Assembly: GCA_964623085.1 (NCBI GenBank)
Contig: CAZUTO010000006.1
Location: forward strand, 16,556 to 79,825
Length of the DNA stretch: 63,270 nucleotides
Direction of reading: 5' to 3'
Source of the DNA: an uncultured Porticoccaceae bacterium
GTDB lineage: Bacteria > Pseudomonadota > Gammaproteobacteria > Pseudomonadales > GM7GCV1
Shown: positions 30,811 through 44,096 of the stretch, in pieces
Layout: every line of letters starts with the position of its first letter
Position numbering within the stretch: position 1 is the first letter of the stretch
Made by a program: the position numbers and the translations under genes
Notes under the pieces: generated by a model
What the model was told of the DNA's origin: nothing
What the model saw: the letters and a program-made list of their open reading frames with translations, nothing else
The model's database searches: none

Positions 30811-31764
30811 ATGAATCAGACCGTCGATACTTCGACTTTTCAGGGGCTCATTCAAGCCTTACAACAATTTTGGGGTAACCAAGGTTGTGTCAACCTGCAA
30901 CCTCTAGACATGGAAGTCGGTGCCGGCACCTTCCACCCAGCGACTTTTTTACGGGCAATTGGCCCCGAGAGTTGGCGTGCGGCCTACGCACAACCGTGCC
31001 GAAGACCCACTGATGGTCGCTACGGTGAAAACCCAAATAGGCTGCAGCACTACTATCAATTTCAGGTCATCCTGAAACCATCCCCTGGTGATATTCAAGA
31101 TCTATATCTCGAATCACTCAGCTTGCTAGGCGTCGATCCACTTGTGCACGATATACGCTTTGTCGAAGATAATTGGGAGTCGCCTACACTCGGAGCATGG
31201 GGGCTAGGATGGGAAGTCTGGCTAAACGGAATGGAAGTGACACAGTTTACCTACTTCCAGCAAGCGGGCGGCTTAGAGTGCTTTCCTGTATCTGGCGAGA
31301 TCACCTATGGTCTGGAGCGCATCGCCATGTATTTGCAAGGCGTAGATTCTATCTACGACCTCGCCTGGAATAAAAATCCTGATGGCACTGTGACGACCTA
31401 TGGCGATGTTTTTCTTCAGAACGAAAAGGAAATGTCCGCCTACAATTTCGAGCACGCGAATGTGGATTTTTGTTTTGCTGCATTCGACGAATACGAATCT
31501 CAGTGTCTAAAGCTCCTCGAACAAGACCTGCCCCTACCGGCCTATGAGCTGGTAATGAAGGCGTCCCATGCTTTCAATATGCTCGATGCTCGCCACGCAA
31601 TATCTGTCACTGAGCGCCAGCGATTTATCTTGCGAGTACGAACGCTGGCACGAGGCGTCGCGGAGAATTACTTTAAGGTCCGTATGGAAGCCGGCTTCCC
31701 CCTGGCTCCCAAAGAACTAGCAGAACAAGTTATCGCGGCACATAAAGCGGAGAAGGCATCGTGA
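30811..31764 (+). CDS. glyQ: Glycine-tRNA ligase alpha subunit
   Basis: [32 protein letters not shown] and EITYGLER motifs. Confidence 0.99.
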   Translation: MNQTVDTSTFQGLIQALQQFWGNQGCVNLQPLDMEVGAGTFHPATFLRAIGPESWRAAYAQPCRRPTDGRYGENPNRLQHYYQFQVILKPSPGDIQDLYLESLSLLGVDPLVHDIRFVEDNWESPTLGAWGLGWEVWLNGMEVTQFTYFQQAGGLECFPVSGEITYGLERIAMYLQGVDSIYDLAWNKNPDGTVTTYGDVFLQNEKEMSAYNFEHANVDFCFAAFDEYESQCLKLLEQDLPLPAYELVMKASHAFNMLDARHAISVTERQRFILRVRTLARGVAENYFKVRMEAGFPLAPKELAEQVIAAHKAEKAS

Positions 31765-33824
31765 GCGAAAAACAAGATTTTCTCGTTGAAATTGGTGTGG
31801 AAGAGCTTCCGCCCAAATCACTACTGCAACTTTCTCTCGCATTTGAAAAAGCCATCGCAGATCAACTGACCAGCGCGCGGCTTAACTTCGCTGACACAAA
31901 AAGCTTTGCTACACCAAGGCGTTTGGCCGTTTTAGTTAGCCAGCTAGATGAATCGCAACCCTCACAAGAAAAAGAATCTCTTGGCCCCGCAGTCAAGGCG
32001 GCATTCGATGAGAATGGCGAGCCAACTCAAGCCGCCCAAGGGTTTGCCCGGAAGGTGGGAGTAGAAGTAAAGGATCTTGCCCAAGTCGACACAGAAAAGG
32101 GGCCTCGCCTCGCGTTTAAAGAAGTTGAGCAAGGCGCACAAACATCCACCCTGCTCGCACCTATTATCGAACATGCACTCGATAAACTGCCTATCGCTAA
32201 ACGCATGCGCTGGGGAAGCCGGCGCGAAGAGTTTGTAAGGCCGGTTCACTGGGTGCTCGTGCTATTTGGTAGACAGCTGGTTGATGCCACGATTATGGGT
32301 TTAAAAACAACAAGCAGCACCCGCGGCCATCGCTTCCACGCCAACAAAGAGATTGGCGTTGGTGAGCCCGCTTTATATTCGTCGATTCTCGAAAAAGAAG
32401 GTGCGGTTACCGCAGACTTTGAAATTCGCCGCGACATGATTCGGCAATCTGTCATATCAGCAGCAGAAACGACAGGTGGCAGCGCTGTCATCACCGATGA
32501 CCTTTTGAATGAAGTCACCGCACTAGTAGAAAAGCCCGTCGCGCTCGCTGGCAAATTTGATGAATCCTTTCTAAAGGTGCCCAGCGAAGCCTTGGTGTCA
32601 TCGATGAAGGAACACCAAAAGTACTTTCATGTAGTAGACAAAGGTGACGAATTATTACCGGCATTTATCACCGTCGCAAATATCGAATCGCAAGACCCAA
32701 GCGCGGTTATTAGCGGCAACGAACGCGTTATTCGTCCTAGACTAGCTGACGCCGCTTTTTTCTATGAAACCGACCTCAAGATTCCATTTGAGAACTTCAG
32801 GGAACGACTAAAACCTGTGGTATTTCAGACCAAGCTCGGTACCGTTTTTGACAAAACAGAGCGCGTTTCCGTTTTGGCATCGGCACTTGCACCCTTGGTT
32901 TCCGCATCAGCCGAAGACTGCCTGCGCGCCGGAAAGCTATGTAAAAACGATCTAGTCACCGATATGGTTGGCGAGTTCGCAGATCTGCAAGGGCTAATGG
33001 GCCGCTACTACGCTAAGGCTGCTGGAGAAAACTCCGACGTTGCAGAGGCGATGCATGAGCAATATCTACCTCGCTTTGCAGGGGATGATCTCCCAAAAAC
33101 TGCCGTGGGTACTGCCGTCGCGCTAGCAGATCGACTAGATACGCTAACCGGTATATTTGGCATTGAGCAACTGCCCACCGGTTCAAAAGATCCTTTTGCG
33201 CTTCGCAGAGCTTCGTTGGGTGTCTTGCGTATTTTGGTGGAAGGCAAATTTAATGCGTCGCTGCGAGAGCTGCTGTCTTCGGCTCATAACCAACACCAGA
33301 GTCTTTCGGCAGACGGCATAGAGACACTTCTAACTTACATGCTCGACCGGTTTTCCTCTTGGTTTGATGATCTCGGCGTGCCTGCGGAGAGCTTTATCGC
33401 CGTTCGCGCATTAGATATAGATGACCCATTGGATATCTATCACAGAACCATGGCTGTCACCGAATTTTCAAAAACAGCCGAAGCGCCAGCGTTAGCTGCC
33501 GCGAACAAGCGCGTCTCCAATATTTTGTCAAAATCAGAGGCGACCACCGCTGAGGTCAATAAAACACTTTTAAGCGAAGAGGCCGAAAAGACACTATTCG
33601 ATGCACTTAGTCATGCCCAGTCTGACCTAGTGCCTTTGATGAAAGCGAAAGACTATTCTGCGGCACTGGCGCGGCTGGCCTCGTTACGCGAGCCGATCGA
33701 TGCCTTTTTTGATCAGGTTATGGTGATGTCAGATGATCTCTCTCTGAGGAATAACCGACTGGCACTGCTGGTGATGTTGCGGAGTTTATTTATCTCCATT
33801 GCGGATATATCACTGCTGCCTTAA
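31761..33824 (+). CDS. glyS: Glycine-tRNA ligase beta subunit
   Basis: [32 protein letters not shown] and R.NRLALL motifs. Confidence 0.98.
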   Translation: MSEKQDFLVEIGVEELPPKSLLQLSLAFEKAIADQLTSARLNFADTKSFATPRRLAVLVSQLDESQPSQEKESLGPAVKAAFDENGEPTQAAQGFARKVGVEVKDLAQVDTEKGPRLAFKEVEQGAQTSTLLAPIIEHALDKLPIAKRMRWGSRREEFVRPVHWVLVLFGRQLVDATIMGLKTTSSTRGHRFHANKEIGVGEPALYSSILEKEGAVTADFEIRRDMIRQSVISAAETTGGSAVITDDLLNEVTALVEKPVALAGKFDESFLKVPSEALVSSMKEHQKYFHVVDKGDELLPAFITVANIESQDPSAVISGNERVIRPRLADAAFFYETDLKIPFENFRERLKPVVFQTKLGTVFDKTERVSVLASALAPLVSASAEDCLRAGKLCKNDLVTDMVGEFADLQGLMGRYYAKAAGENSDVAEAMHEQYLPRFAGDDLPKTAVGTAVALADRLDTLTGIFGIEQLPTGSKDPFALRRASLGVLRILVEGKFNASLRELLSSAHNQHQSLSADGIETLLTYMLDRFSSWFDDLGVPAESFIAVRALDIDDPLDIYHRTMAVTEFSKTAEAPALAAANKRVSNILSKSEATTAEVNKTLLSEEAEKTLFDALSHAQSDLVPLMKAKDYSAALARLASLREPIDAFFDQVMVMSDDLSLRNNRLALLVMLRSLFISIADISLLP

Positions 33825-33836
33825 CAACGAGATTCG

Positions 33837-34547
33837 ATGTTATACCGCCGCTGGACGTATTACGCCCTCTATATTCCAAGCCTATTGGTATTAGCTCTCT
33901 ACATGTGCACATTGGGAGTAGTAACCCCATATCGACAGCGCATGAAATTGGCAACCTTGTGGGGTGCTTTCTGTGGCCGCACATGGCTGCGATGGAGCGC
34001 GGGAATAAAGCTAAACATAGAAGGCTTGGAGCATGTTCCCGACTCGGAACCCTATATCATGCTGGCAAATCACCAATCTGAATGGGAGACGCTCTTTCTT
34101 CCGCGCATAGCCTGTCCTGCAGCAGCGGTTGTTAAAGACTCTCTCATCAACATCCCCGTTTATGGCTGGGCACTGAGACTAGCGCGCCCTATCGCCGTTG
34201 ACCGCTCTTCGCCAAAGGCTTCTATAAGACAAATCCTTAACCAGGGTACAGAGAGAATCAAAGAAGGCAGCAATGTGCTAATTTTTGCCGAAAGCACACG
34301 CGTCGAACCTAATACGATTGGCAAATACACGAAGACTGGCTCAAAACTCGCCATTCAAGCCAACGCCCCCATATTGCCCGTTGTACATAATGCGGGAGAT
34401 TGCTGGTCACCAAAACGATGGTTTCGGCCTGGGACAATCCAACTTAGAATCGGGCCAATCATTCGCCCAGATGGAAAAAGCGCGGCCGAGCTAACGGAAG
34501 AATTAGAACGCTGGGCCAGAGCGAACTATCCCGGTGAGCTACACTAG
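33837..34547 (+). CDS. plsC: 1-acyl-sn-glycerol-3-phosphate acyltransferase family
   Basis: NHQSEWET motif I, VDRS, FAESTR (variant of FPEGTR); follows glyS. Confidence 0.8.
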   Translation: MLYRRWTYYALYIPSLLVLALYMCTLGVVTPYRQRMKLATLWGAFCGRTWLRWSAGIKLNIEGLEHVPDSEPYIMLANHQSEWETLFLPRIACPAAAVVKDSLINIPVYGWALRLARPIAVDRSSPKASIRQILNQGTERIKEGSNVLIFAESTRVEPNTIGKYTKTGSKLAIQANAPILPVVHNAGDCWSPKRWFRPGTIQLRIGPIIRPDGKSAAELTEELERWARANYPGELH

Positions 34548-34650
34548 CTCTCCACTAACCTAGAACTTTCCGATAAGCCGCACTTTAATTTATTCAACCA
34601 CAAACTATCTCTTTTGGGTTGCGTAAATTTGCAAGTTAGTATGCGCTTAC

Positions 34651-37083
<2,433 letters not shown>

Positions 37084-38187
37084 CTAATTTCGTTCTGTAA
37101 TCACGCCTTGTTTCACGTGAAACATTTTTTTATCAACACCGCTGGGCGCTGCCAATTCCCAATCTTGATCTACGGCCGTGAGGAAAACTTGCGACCCAGT
37201 GGCCAGTATCTCATTAATCGCTATCGCCTGATTCTTTTGGTCGATCTCTGCTGCGAGATCATCAACCAATACGACACAGCAAGGCCTATCTGACAGCGCA
37301 TTATACAGCCTTATTTGCGCTAACTTTAGCTTCAAACCCAAAAGCTTTTTCTGGCCTCGCGAAAACGTTTCTTTTGCCGGCTTTCCGTCTAAATCTAAGG
37401 ACAAATCAAACCGATGAGCGCCTTGGCGTAATCGACCCTCCCGCAAATCACGGGCACGAGACTCTTCCAACACCGCCGCATAAGTCTTATCTGCCGACCA
37501 GCCTTTCTGGAAGCGCAGCTCCGGCTGGCCACCAAAAATCTCCCTGTTCGCCTCTGAATCGAACGATGACGCCATCTCAGCTTGTAAATCGACTAAATGG
37601 TCCGCTCGCATCCTCGCTATCGCCTCAGAAGCCTCAACCAGCGCCGGCTGCCAATGGCTTAACTCTTTTACTTTCCCTTCACGGAGAAGCCTGTTCCAAT
37701 AGGAAACGAGCTTTCGATGCTTTTTCCAAAGAGGGTAAAACTCATGTTTCACGTGAAACATTCCCCAATCAAAGAACTTTCGTCGCTCTACTGGGCCGCC
37801 TTCTACTAAGTCGAAAATAGACGCATCGATGATCTGAAGCGGAAACCGTCGAACCAGCTTTGTCGCGCGCACATCCTCGCCATTCAACCTAAATCTAGGT
37901 GGCTGGCGAGAAACCAGCTGTGCCGCCAAGTGTTGTTTGCCAGACATTACGCCGCCATCGGGCGCTAACTCTCCGCGAACAAGGTATCCGTCTTCTCCCT
38001 GCGAAATCAATTGCCTGCCATGGCGCGTACGAAAAGAGCGCCCGGCAAGCAGCGCGCTCAAAGACTCAAGAAAGGTTGTTTTTCCCGACGCATTTTCGCC
38101 CACCAAAACGACAAGAGAGGCATCTGTATCTACAGATGCCTCTCTTATTACACGAAAATTTTCTATGTTAAGACGCGTAACTCGCAA
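37084..38187 (-). CDS. recF: DNA replication and repair protein RecF
   Basis: NFR, GENASGKT Walker A, RRKFFDWG, SRGQKK and DDLAAEID motifs; between dnaN and gyrB. Confidence 0.95.
   Translation of the reverse strand: MRVTRLNIENFRVIREASVDTDASLVVLVGENASGKTTFLESLSALLAGRSFRTRHGRQLISQGEDGYLVRGELAPDGGVMSGKQHLAAQLVSRQPPRFRLNGEDVRATKLVRRFPLQIIDASIFDLVEGGPVERRKFFDWGMFHVKHEFYPLWKKHRKLVSYWNRLLREGKVKELSHWQPALVEASEAIARMRADHLVDLQAEMASSFDSEANREIFGGQPELRFQKGWSADKTYAAVLEESRARDLREGRLRQGAHRFDLSLDLDGKPAKETFSRGQKKLLGLKLKLAQIRLYNALSDRPCCVVLVDDLAAEIDQKNQAIAINEILATGSQVFLTAVDQDWELAAPSGVDKKMFHVKQGVITERN
37109..37124. promoter_or_regulatory. parS centromere site
   Basis: Perfect palindrome TGTTTCACGTGAAACA, matching the parS consensus, inside recF. 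Confidence 0.93.
37745..37760. promoter_or_regulatory. parS centromere site
   Basis: Second perfect TGTTTCACGTGAAACA palindrome inside recF. Confidence 0.93.
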
Positions 38188-38301
38188 AAGCCTTGCTCGC
38201 CTTTAATTCTAAATGAAAGGCGCCTCTCCCTCTCCATGTACGACAAACGCCCAGAAACAAGCGTTCAAGAGAACTATCAGCAGGCTCAGCTAACAATAGC
38301 G

Positions 38302-39408
38302 TTATAGCCTCATCGGCATAATAACGTAGACACTGTTGTCATCACTATCTTCCGCCTCTACCAGCGAGCTAGAGTTGCCATCATTAAGGCTAAACTTCAC
38401 GCTCTCCGCCTTAATAGTGTTCAACACGTCCAGAACGTAACTGACGTTAAAGCCAATCTCTAGGGCGCCGCCCTGGTATTGAACGCTTAGCTCTTCTTCT
38501 GCTTGCTCTTGCTCGGGATTGTTTGCTGTAATTTTAAGCACGCCATCTTCGATTTGAACACGCACGCCACGATATTTTTCATTGGACAGAATAGCCGCGC
38601 GGTTAAAACTCTGACGCACGGCCTCTCGGTCTGCAACCATATATTTCGAAAGCCCCTTAGGAAGCACCCGCTCATAATCTGGGAACTTGCCATCTACCAA
38701 CTTCGAGGTGAAGCGATAGCTATCTGTTTCTATACGAGCATGGTTAGCACCAAGATGAATGCGCGCTACAGCCTCTGTATCCGCCAAAAGACGCGACAAC
38801 TCTAACACCCCTTTGCGAGGCAAGATAACCTGGTGTGCTTCTTTAGGCGCACCCTCAATACTCTCCGTAGTCATTGCCAAACGATGTCCATCTGTTGCTA
38901 CCAGCCTTAAATGATCTGGAGACAACTCAAACAACATGCCGTTCAAATAGAACCGAACATCTTGTTGAGCCATAGAAAAGGCCGTTCGATCAATCAGCGT
39001 CTTTAGCTTGGCTTGCCCCATTTCAAAGCTCACCCCCGGCTCCCCCTCCTCTGCATTGGGGAAATCACTGGCTGGAAGGGTGCTCAGAGTGAAACGACTG
39101 CGGCCAGACGTGACCAGCATTCTCTCCCCGTCCAATTTAAACCCGACCAAAGCATCTTCTTCTAAAGATTTTACGATATCTAACAACTTCCGCGCCGGAA
39201 CAGTAACCTGACCGCTCTGTTCGACAGATTCGACCTTTGCCCTACCCTGTATTTCTACCTCTAGATCTGTACCAGTAATGGAAAGTACGTCCCCATCCAG
39301 ATTCAAAAGTGCATTTGAGAGTACCGGCAAGGTTTGTCGACGCTCAACAACTCCGGCAACAAGCTGAATGCCAGCAAGAATATCCTCTCTATTGATAGAA
39401 AATTTCAT
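38302..39408 (-). CDS. dnaN: DNA polymerase III beta clamp
   Basis: GTDLEVE, QDVRFYLNG, VATDGHRL and YVIMPMRL motifs. Confidence 0.99.
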   Translation of the reverse strand: MKFSINREDILAGIQLVAGVVERRQTLPVLSNALLNLDGDVLSITGTDLEVEIQGRAKVESVEQSGQVTVPARKLLDIVKSLEEDALVGFKLDGERMLVTSGRSRFTLSTLPASDFPNAEEGEPGVSFEMGQAKLKTLIDRTAFSMAQQDVRFYLNGMLFELSPDHLRLVATDGHRLAMTTESIEGAPKEAHQVILPRKGVLELSRLLADTEAVARIHLGANHARIETDSYRFTSKLVDGKFPDYERVLPKGLSKYMVADREAVRQSFNRAAILSNEKYRGVRVQIEDGVLKITANNPEQEQAEEELSVQYQGGALEIGFNVSYVLDVLNTIKAESVKFSLNDGNSSSLVEAEDSDDNSVYVIMPMRL

Positions 39409-39489
39409 GGACAAATAATCCTTGAGTAAAAACCTTAATGTTAACTTTAAGTAATCTTATCGCGCCAAAGATTCGCCTGACATTTGTTG

Positions 39490-41001
39490 CTAGGTGCTCA
39501 AAATCCGATTCAAATTCTTGAGATCCTCGCGAATATCAGCACTGCTGTTTTCGAGCTCTTTGATCTTACGACAAGCGTGCAAAACAGTTGTATGGTCACG
39601 ACCACCAAATGCATTCCCGATTTCCGGCAGGCTGTGGCTAGTCAGCTCTTTAGAAAGCGCCATAGCCACTTGACGAGGCCTCGCTAAAGACCGGTTGCGC
39701 TTCTTAGATAATAATTCATTCAGCTTAATCTTGTAGTATTCAGCGATAACTTTCTGAATATTGTCGATAGTAACGAGGCGCTCCTGTAAAGCCAAAAGAT
39801 CTTTGAGCGACTCTTTGATCAAATCAATCGAAATAGGCCGTCCACTAAAATGCGCGTTGGCGACTACCCTTTTTAAAGCGCCTTCAAGCTCACGCACATT
39901 GGAGCGAATTCGCTCGGCTATAAAAAAGGCCGAGTCCGAATCAAGCTCCACATTAGCTGCCGCTGCTTTTTTCATCAAAATCGCCGCTCGTGTTTCTAAT
40001 TCCGGCGGCTCCACAGAAACTGTCAGGCCCCAACCAAATCGAGACTTCAATCGCTCTTCTAGGCCGTCTATTTCTTTTGGGTAGCGGTCGCAGGTAAAAA
40101 TCATTTGCTGACCACCTTCAAGCAAACTATTAAAGGTATGAAAAAACTCTTCCTGCGACCTGTCTTTCTTAGCAAAGAATTGAATATCATCAATTAATAG
40201 CGCATCAACACCACGGTAATAGTGCTTGAAGTCATTGATTGCGTTCAACTGTAGCGCCTTAACCATATCCGCTACGAATTTCTCCGAATGAAGATAAACT
40301 ACTTTTGCACCCGGCTTATGATTTTTCAACTCGTTTCCCACGGCGTGCATCAGATGCGTTTTGCCAAGACCAACACCACCGTAAATAAAAAGCGGGTTGT
40401 ACCCAGTGCCTGGGTTAAGCGCTACCTGCTTTGTTGCCGCCAAAGCCAGCTGATTAGATTTTCCTTCTACGAAACTAGAAAATGTGAAAATTGGATTCAG
40501 TGACGAGCCCTTATGCCCAACATCGGTATGGGAAGGAAGCTTCCTCTGTGCTCGATACGATACTTCTGGTGGCACATCATCCCTCTCCCCATTAATCGCA
40601 TTCGGAAAAATATCTGGCTGAATAGGCCCATCCAAACTCGATGGCGCGACCGTCATTGGCTCTTGCTGATCTTGATAAAAATTGGCCGAAGGCTGTGCCG
40701 CCGCTAAAGAAGCAGCCTCCAGAGTATCTAGCCTCCAGCTTGTCTCGCTACGCCTGCTCGAGACCAGCTCCAACTTGATCTCTATAAATGAATTTCCGGC
40801 TTCCTCACCCATGAGCGTTTTAATACGATCAAAAAACTTTTGGCGAACCCAATCGAGAACAAATTTGTTCGGCGCAAGAAGACACAAACCGCCATCAACT
40901 TCCTCAAGCTGTAACGGGCGAATCCACGTATTAAATTGTTGCTCTGGCAGTTCCATTTGCAAGGAATCTGCACAGCGACTCCAGAATTGAGCTGCCGACA
41001 T
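39490..41001 (-). CDS. dnaA: Chromosomal replication initiator DnaA
   Basis: [26 protein letters not shown] and GGRDHTTV motifs; ATG at 41001 after an AGGAG RBS. Confidence 0.99.
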   Translation of the reverse strand: MSAAQFWSRCADSLQMELPEQQFNTWIRPLQLEEVDGGLCLLAPNKFVLDWVRQKFFDRIKTLMGEEAGNSFIEIKLELVSSRRSETSWRLDTLEAASLAAAQPSANFYQDQQEPMTVAPSSLDGPIQPDIFPNAINGERDDVPPEVSYRAQRKLPSHTDVGHKGSSLNPIFTFSSFVEGKSNQLALAATKQVALNPGTGYNPLFIYGGVGLGKTHLMHAVGNELKNHKPGAKVVYLHSEKFVADMVKALQLNAINDFKHYYRGVDALLIDDIQFFAKKDRSQEEFFHTFNSLLEGGQQMIFTCDRYPKEIDGLEERLKSRFGWGLTVSVEPPELETRAAILMKKAAAANVELDSDSAFFIAERIRSNVRELEGALKRVVANAHFSGRPISIDLIKESLKDLLALQERLVTIDNIQKVIAEYYKIKLNELLSKKRNRSLARPRQVAMALSKELTSHSLPEIGNAFGGRDHTTVLHACRKIKELENSSADIREDLKNLNRILST

Positions 41002-41064
41002 TTTTTCTCCTAACGTCTCTCTAACACCTAGAAAGAAGTCCACTATTGCTGTGAAATACATCAA

Positions 41065-41537
41065 CGCGAGGGCAAATTATATACAGATCCGGCCACCTTT
41101 ATCCACAGCCGGCGACGCCAGACAAAAATGCACTAAAATAAAAAACCCTATATGAATCAAACGCTTGAATAATGTCAACAAATCTGAGCTCGATGATGCC
41201 AACTGGAGAAATCAATTATTTGGGGCAACCTCCTGTGGATATCCTGTGCACTACCTTTGGGTTGCTTATGTGTAACTCATTTTTTTCATTCTTGGGCCTT
41301 AATCAAAGAAAAAAACTATGGGTTTTGTTTTTATGATAAGCAATATTAATAGCGTGCGAAAACGAAAGTTACTACAAATGTTTCGTGCTCTTCGCGTTGC
41401 TTTTGGTCGGCCTCTGTTTTAGAATCGCGCACCCATTTTGGGTGGTTAGGTGTGAATAGATTCAAGCGGCCAAAGACGGATAGGCGCTTTAGGTCTCTCT
41501 ATCACTGATCACATACAAAGTTTACTGGATAATAATC
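41065..41537. promoter_or_regulatory. dnaA-rpmH divergent promoter region with DnaA boxes and IHF-consensus sites
   Basis: Perfect TTATCCACA at 41099-41107; one-mismatch boxes at 41077-41085, 41234-41242 and 41451-41459; WATCAANNNNTTR at 41155-41167 and 41210-41222. Confidence 0.7.
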
Positions 41538-41672
41538 ATGAAACGCACTTTTCAGCCAAGCAACCTGAAACGTAAACGCACACACGGATTCCGATCGCGA
41601 ATGGCAACTGCCAATGGTCGTAAGGTTATTTCTCGACGACGAGCAAAAGGTCGCAAGCGCCTGTCTGTTTAA
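41538..41672 (+). CDS. rpmH: 50S ribosomal protein L34 (missing from the ORF track)
   Basis: Translates to [44 protein letters not shown] (44 aa). Confidence 0.99.
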   Translation: MKRTFQPSNLKRKRTHGFRSRMATANGRKVISRRRAKGRKRLSV

Positions 41673-41736
41673 TCAAACAGGCTTTCTACCACATAGCAGC
41701 TAACATCGATCTAACAACGGGGCGGATTGAAAGAGT

Positions 41737-42105
41737 GTGCAGCGTTTTTTCTTCCAACCCAAGCACCGCCTCCTAACTAAGCAAGACTTCAGTCAGGTTT
41801 TCGATCACTGTTCAGTGCGTATTGGGCGAGGCCCTATTCTGCTGCTTGCCTTGCCCAACAAATTGAACCACCCTAGGATCGGGCTAGTTTGCCGAAAAAA
41901 GTTTATTAAATCTGCGGTGGGTAGGAATCGATTTAAGCGCGTTGCGCGGGAGTGCTTTCGGCTTTCTCAACACGGTCTGCCTCCCCTTGATATTGTGGTA
42001 CTGAATCGATCTGGCTCGGATACAATCAATAATGACCAACTGCAAAAACTGTTTGTCGACGCATTCGATGGGCTTGCCAAAAAAGCGGGGCGCATCAGTG
42101 AGTAA
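41737..42105 (+). CDS. rnpA: RNase P protein component
   Basis: RLL...DF..VF, PRIGL and [12 protein letters not shown] motifs. Confidence 0.95.
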   Translation: MQRFFFQPKHRLLTKQDFSQVFDHCSVRIGRGPILLLALPNKLNHPRIGLVCRKKFIKSAVGRNRFKRVARECFRLSQHGLPPLDIVVLNRSGSDTINNDQLQKLFVDAFDGLAKKAGRISE

Positions 42106-42349
42106 GCTGGCTGTTTCGTTTATGCTGTTGGTTATCAAGGCATATCAATTTCTTATTAGCCCCTTACTCGGCAAGCGATGTAGGTTCCACCCTACATGTT
42201 CTGAATACTGCGCCCAAGCAATAACCAACAAAGGACTAGGAGCTGGGCTTTACCTAAGTATTCGAAGGCTCTTAAAATGCCACCCTTGGCATCCGGGTGG
42301 ACTGGATCCAGTGCCTAAAAAAACCCACAACACCGCTTCTACTAACTAA
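42098..42349 (+). CDS. yidD: Membrane protein insertion efficiency factor
   Basis: YQ..ISP....CRF.PTCSEY and R...CHPW..GG.DPVP motifs; GTG start at 42098. Confidence 0.95.
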   Translation: MSKLAVSFMLLVIKAYQFLISPLLGKRCRFHPTCSEYCAQAITNKGLGAGLYLSIRRLLKCHPWHPGGLDPVPKKTHNTASTN

Positions 42350-42361
42350 CCGAAAACACAC

Positions 42362-44044
42362 ATGTTAAAAGATATCGATTGGATCAAGGCCTCACTGCTT
42401 GCGGGCATGGGAATATGCGTTCTGCTCCTTCTACGGGAGTGGGATAATTTTTCACCGCCAAATAGCATTGATTACCCTGCTGCAGAAGGCCAACAAGGTA
42501 TCGAGCCGACGGTGATTTCGCTCGACGACGAAACGCCTTTTAGTTCTCCGGCTCAGCCGCTACAGGACGTGGAAACCGCACCCTTGCAAACACCACAAAA
42601 TGTGGCGGCAGCAATTTCATCCAATACGATAAAAATAAAGACCGATGTGCTTGAGCTCGTTGTTGACCTTAATGGCGGTAACTTCATCCAAGCCGATCTT
42701 ATAGAGTTCCATCAAGCACTAAATAACGACACGCCTTTTCGAATGCTGAGTCACTCAACGAGCCATACCTATGTTGCCAAAAGTGGATTGCTGCTAAATC
42801 AGGGACAAGCCTTCTCCCCGCTTAGCCCCAACTATCAAGCAAGCGCTGAAAGCTTTGAGCTAGCGCCAGGACAAGATAAGCTTATCGTTGAGCTAGTGAG
42901 CCAGACCGCCGATTTTCAACTCGTAAAACGACTAACCTTAAAGCGCGGTGATTATCTAATCGATGTCGAGCATCAACTCCAAAACAAGACGAATCAATCT
43001 TGGCAAGGCGCCCTCTTTGCACAGATAGATCGCGATGATTTGCGCCCGCCATCTAACACAGGCTTCGGCATGAAGCCTTACGTCGGTGCAGCAGTTACCC
43101 AGCCAGATGATCGATATAATAAAATCGACTTTGACGATATGGATGAGCCGTTAAATCCATCCAGCGTCGACACAGGCTGGGTCGCCCTACTCCAGCACTA
43201 TTTTGTTTCCGCGTGGATTCCATCAAAGGATCAGTCTCTTAAATATGAGCTGGGCCAATACGCAGGCAAAAACCTTTACTACCTTGGCTTTACCCAACCT
43301 GCTTTTGAGATACCTGCTGGCGGGCAAACGAACTTTGATGCTAGTTTTTACGTAGGACCAAAAGATCAATATCGCCTGCAAGAAATCTCGAATAACTTGG
43401 ATCTGACCGTCGACTACGGATGGCTGTGGTGGGCAGCACAACCGCTCTACTGGGTATTGCAGAAAGTCCATAGCTTCACCGGCAACTGGGGCGTCGCCAT
43501 TATTCTACTAACTTGCTTAATCAAGCTTTTGTTCTTCCCTCTTTCGGCCGCGAGCTACAAGTCTATGGCTCGCATGCGCAAACTGACGCCCAAAATGCAG
43601 GCATTAAAAGAGCGTTATGGAGACGACCGTCAGACGCTGTCACAAGAAACCATGAAGCTTTATCAAAAGGAAAAAGTAAACCCGCTTGGCGGCTGCTTAC
43701 CGATTCTAATTCAAATGCCTATTTTTCTGGCGCTTTATTGGGTTCTCATCGAAGCTGTAGAGCTTCGCCATGCGCCTTTCATCGGCTGGATTCAAGATCT
43801 TTCCGCCAAAGATCCTTGGTACTTACTGCCTATTCTTATGGGGTTAAGCATGATGGTACAAATGCGTCTAAACCCTGCTCCGCCCGACCCTATGCAAGCC
43901 AAGGTCATGCAGTTTATGCCGATCATGTTTGCTGTAATGATGGCGTTCTTTCCCGCTGGCTTGGTGTTGTATTGGACCGTAAATAACCTACTCTCTATTA
44001 CACAGCAATGGGTGATTACCCGACGTATAGAGGCTGGCGGTTAG
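42362..44044 (+). CDS. yidC: Membrane protein insertase
   Basis: VDYGWLW, NWG.AII, NPLGGCLP.LIQMP and GLVLYW motifs. Confidence 0.98.
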   Translation: MLKDIDWIKASLLAGMGICVLLLLREWDNFSPPNSIDYPAAEGQQGIEPTVISLDDETPFSSPAQPLQDVETAPLQTPQNVAAAISSNTIKIKTDVLELVVDLNGGNFIQADLIEFHQALNNDTPFRMLSHSTSHTYVAKSGLLLNQGQAFSPLSPNYQASAESFELAPGQDKLIVELVSQTADFQLVKRLTLKRGDYLIDVEHQLQNKTNQSWQGALFAQIDRDDLRPPSNTGFGMKPYVGAAVTQPDDRYNKIDFDDMDEPLNPSSVDTGWVALLQHYFVSAWIPSKDQSLKYELGQYAGKNLYYLGFTQPAFEIPAGGQTNFDASFYVGPKDQYRLQEISNNLDLTVDYGWLWWAAQPLYWVLQKVHSFTGNWGVAIILLTCLIKLLFFPLSAASYKSMARMRKLTPKMQALKERYGDDRQTLSQETMKLYQKEKVNPLGGCLPILIQMPIFLALYWVLIEAVELRHAPFIGWIQDLSAKDPWYLLPILMGLSMMVQMRLNPAPPDPMQAKVMQFMPIMFAVMMAFFPAGLVLYWTVNNLLSITQQWVITRRIEAGG

Positions 44045-44096
44045 GTTTTCTAGCGCCTTTTCCCTTTATTAAAGGTGGTTTAGAGGTGATTTTAAG

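Noticed and set aside
29780-30878. Long plus-strand ORFs of 241 and 243 aa
   Set aside because: They are antisense shadows of the lpxL-family gene with no recognisable motifs; the same applies to the many short ORFs overlapping core genes.
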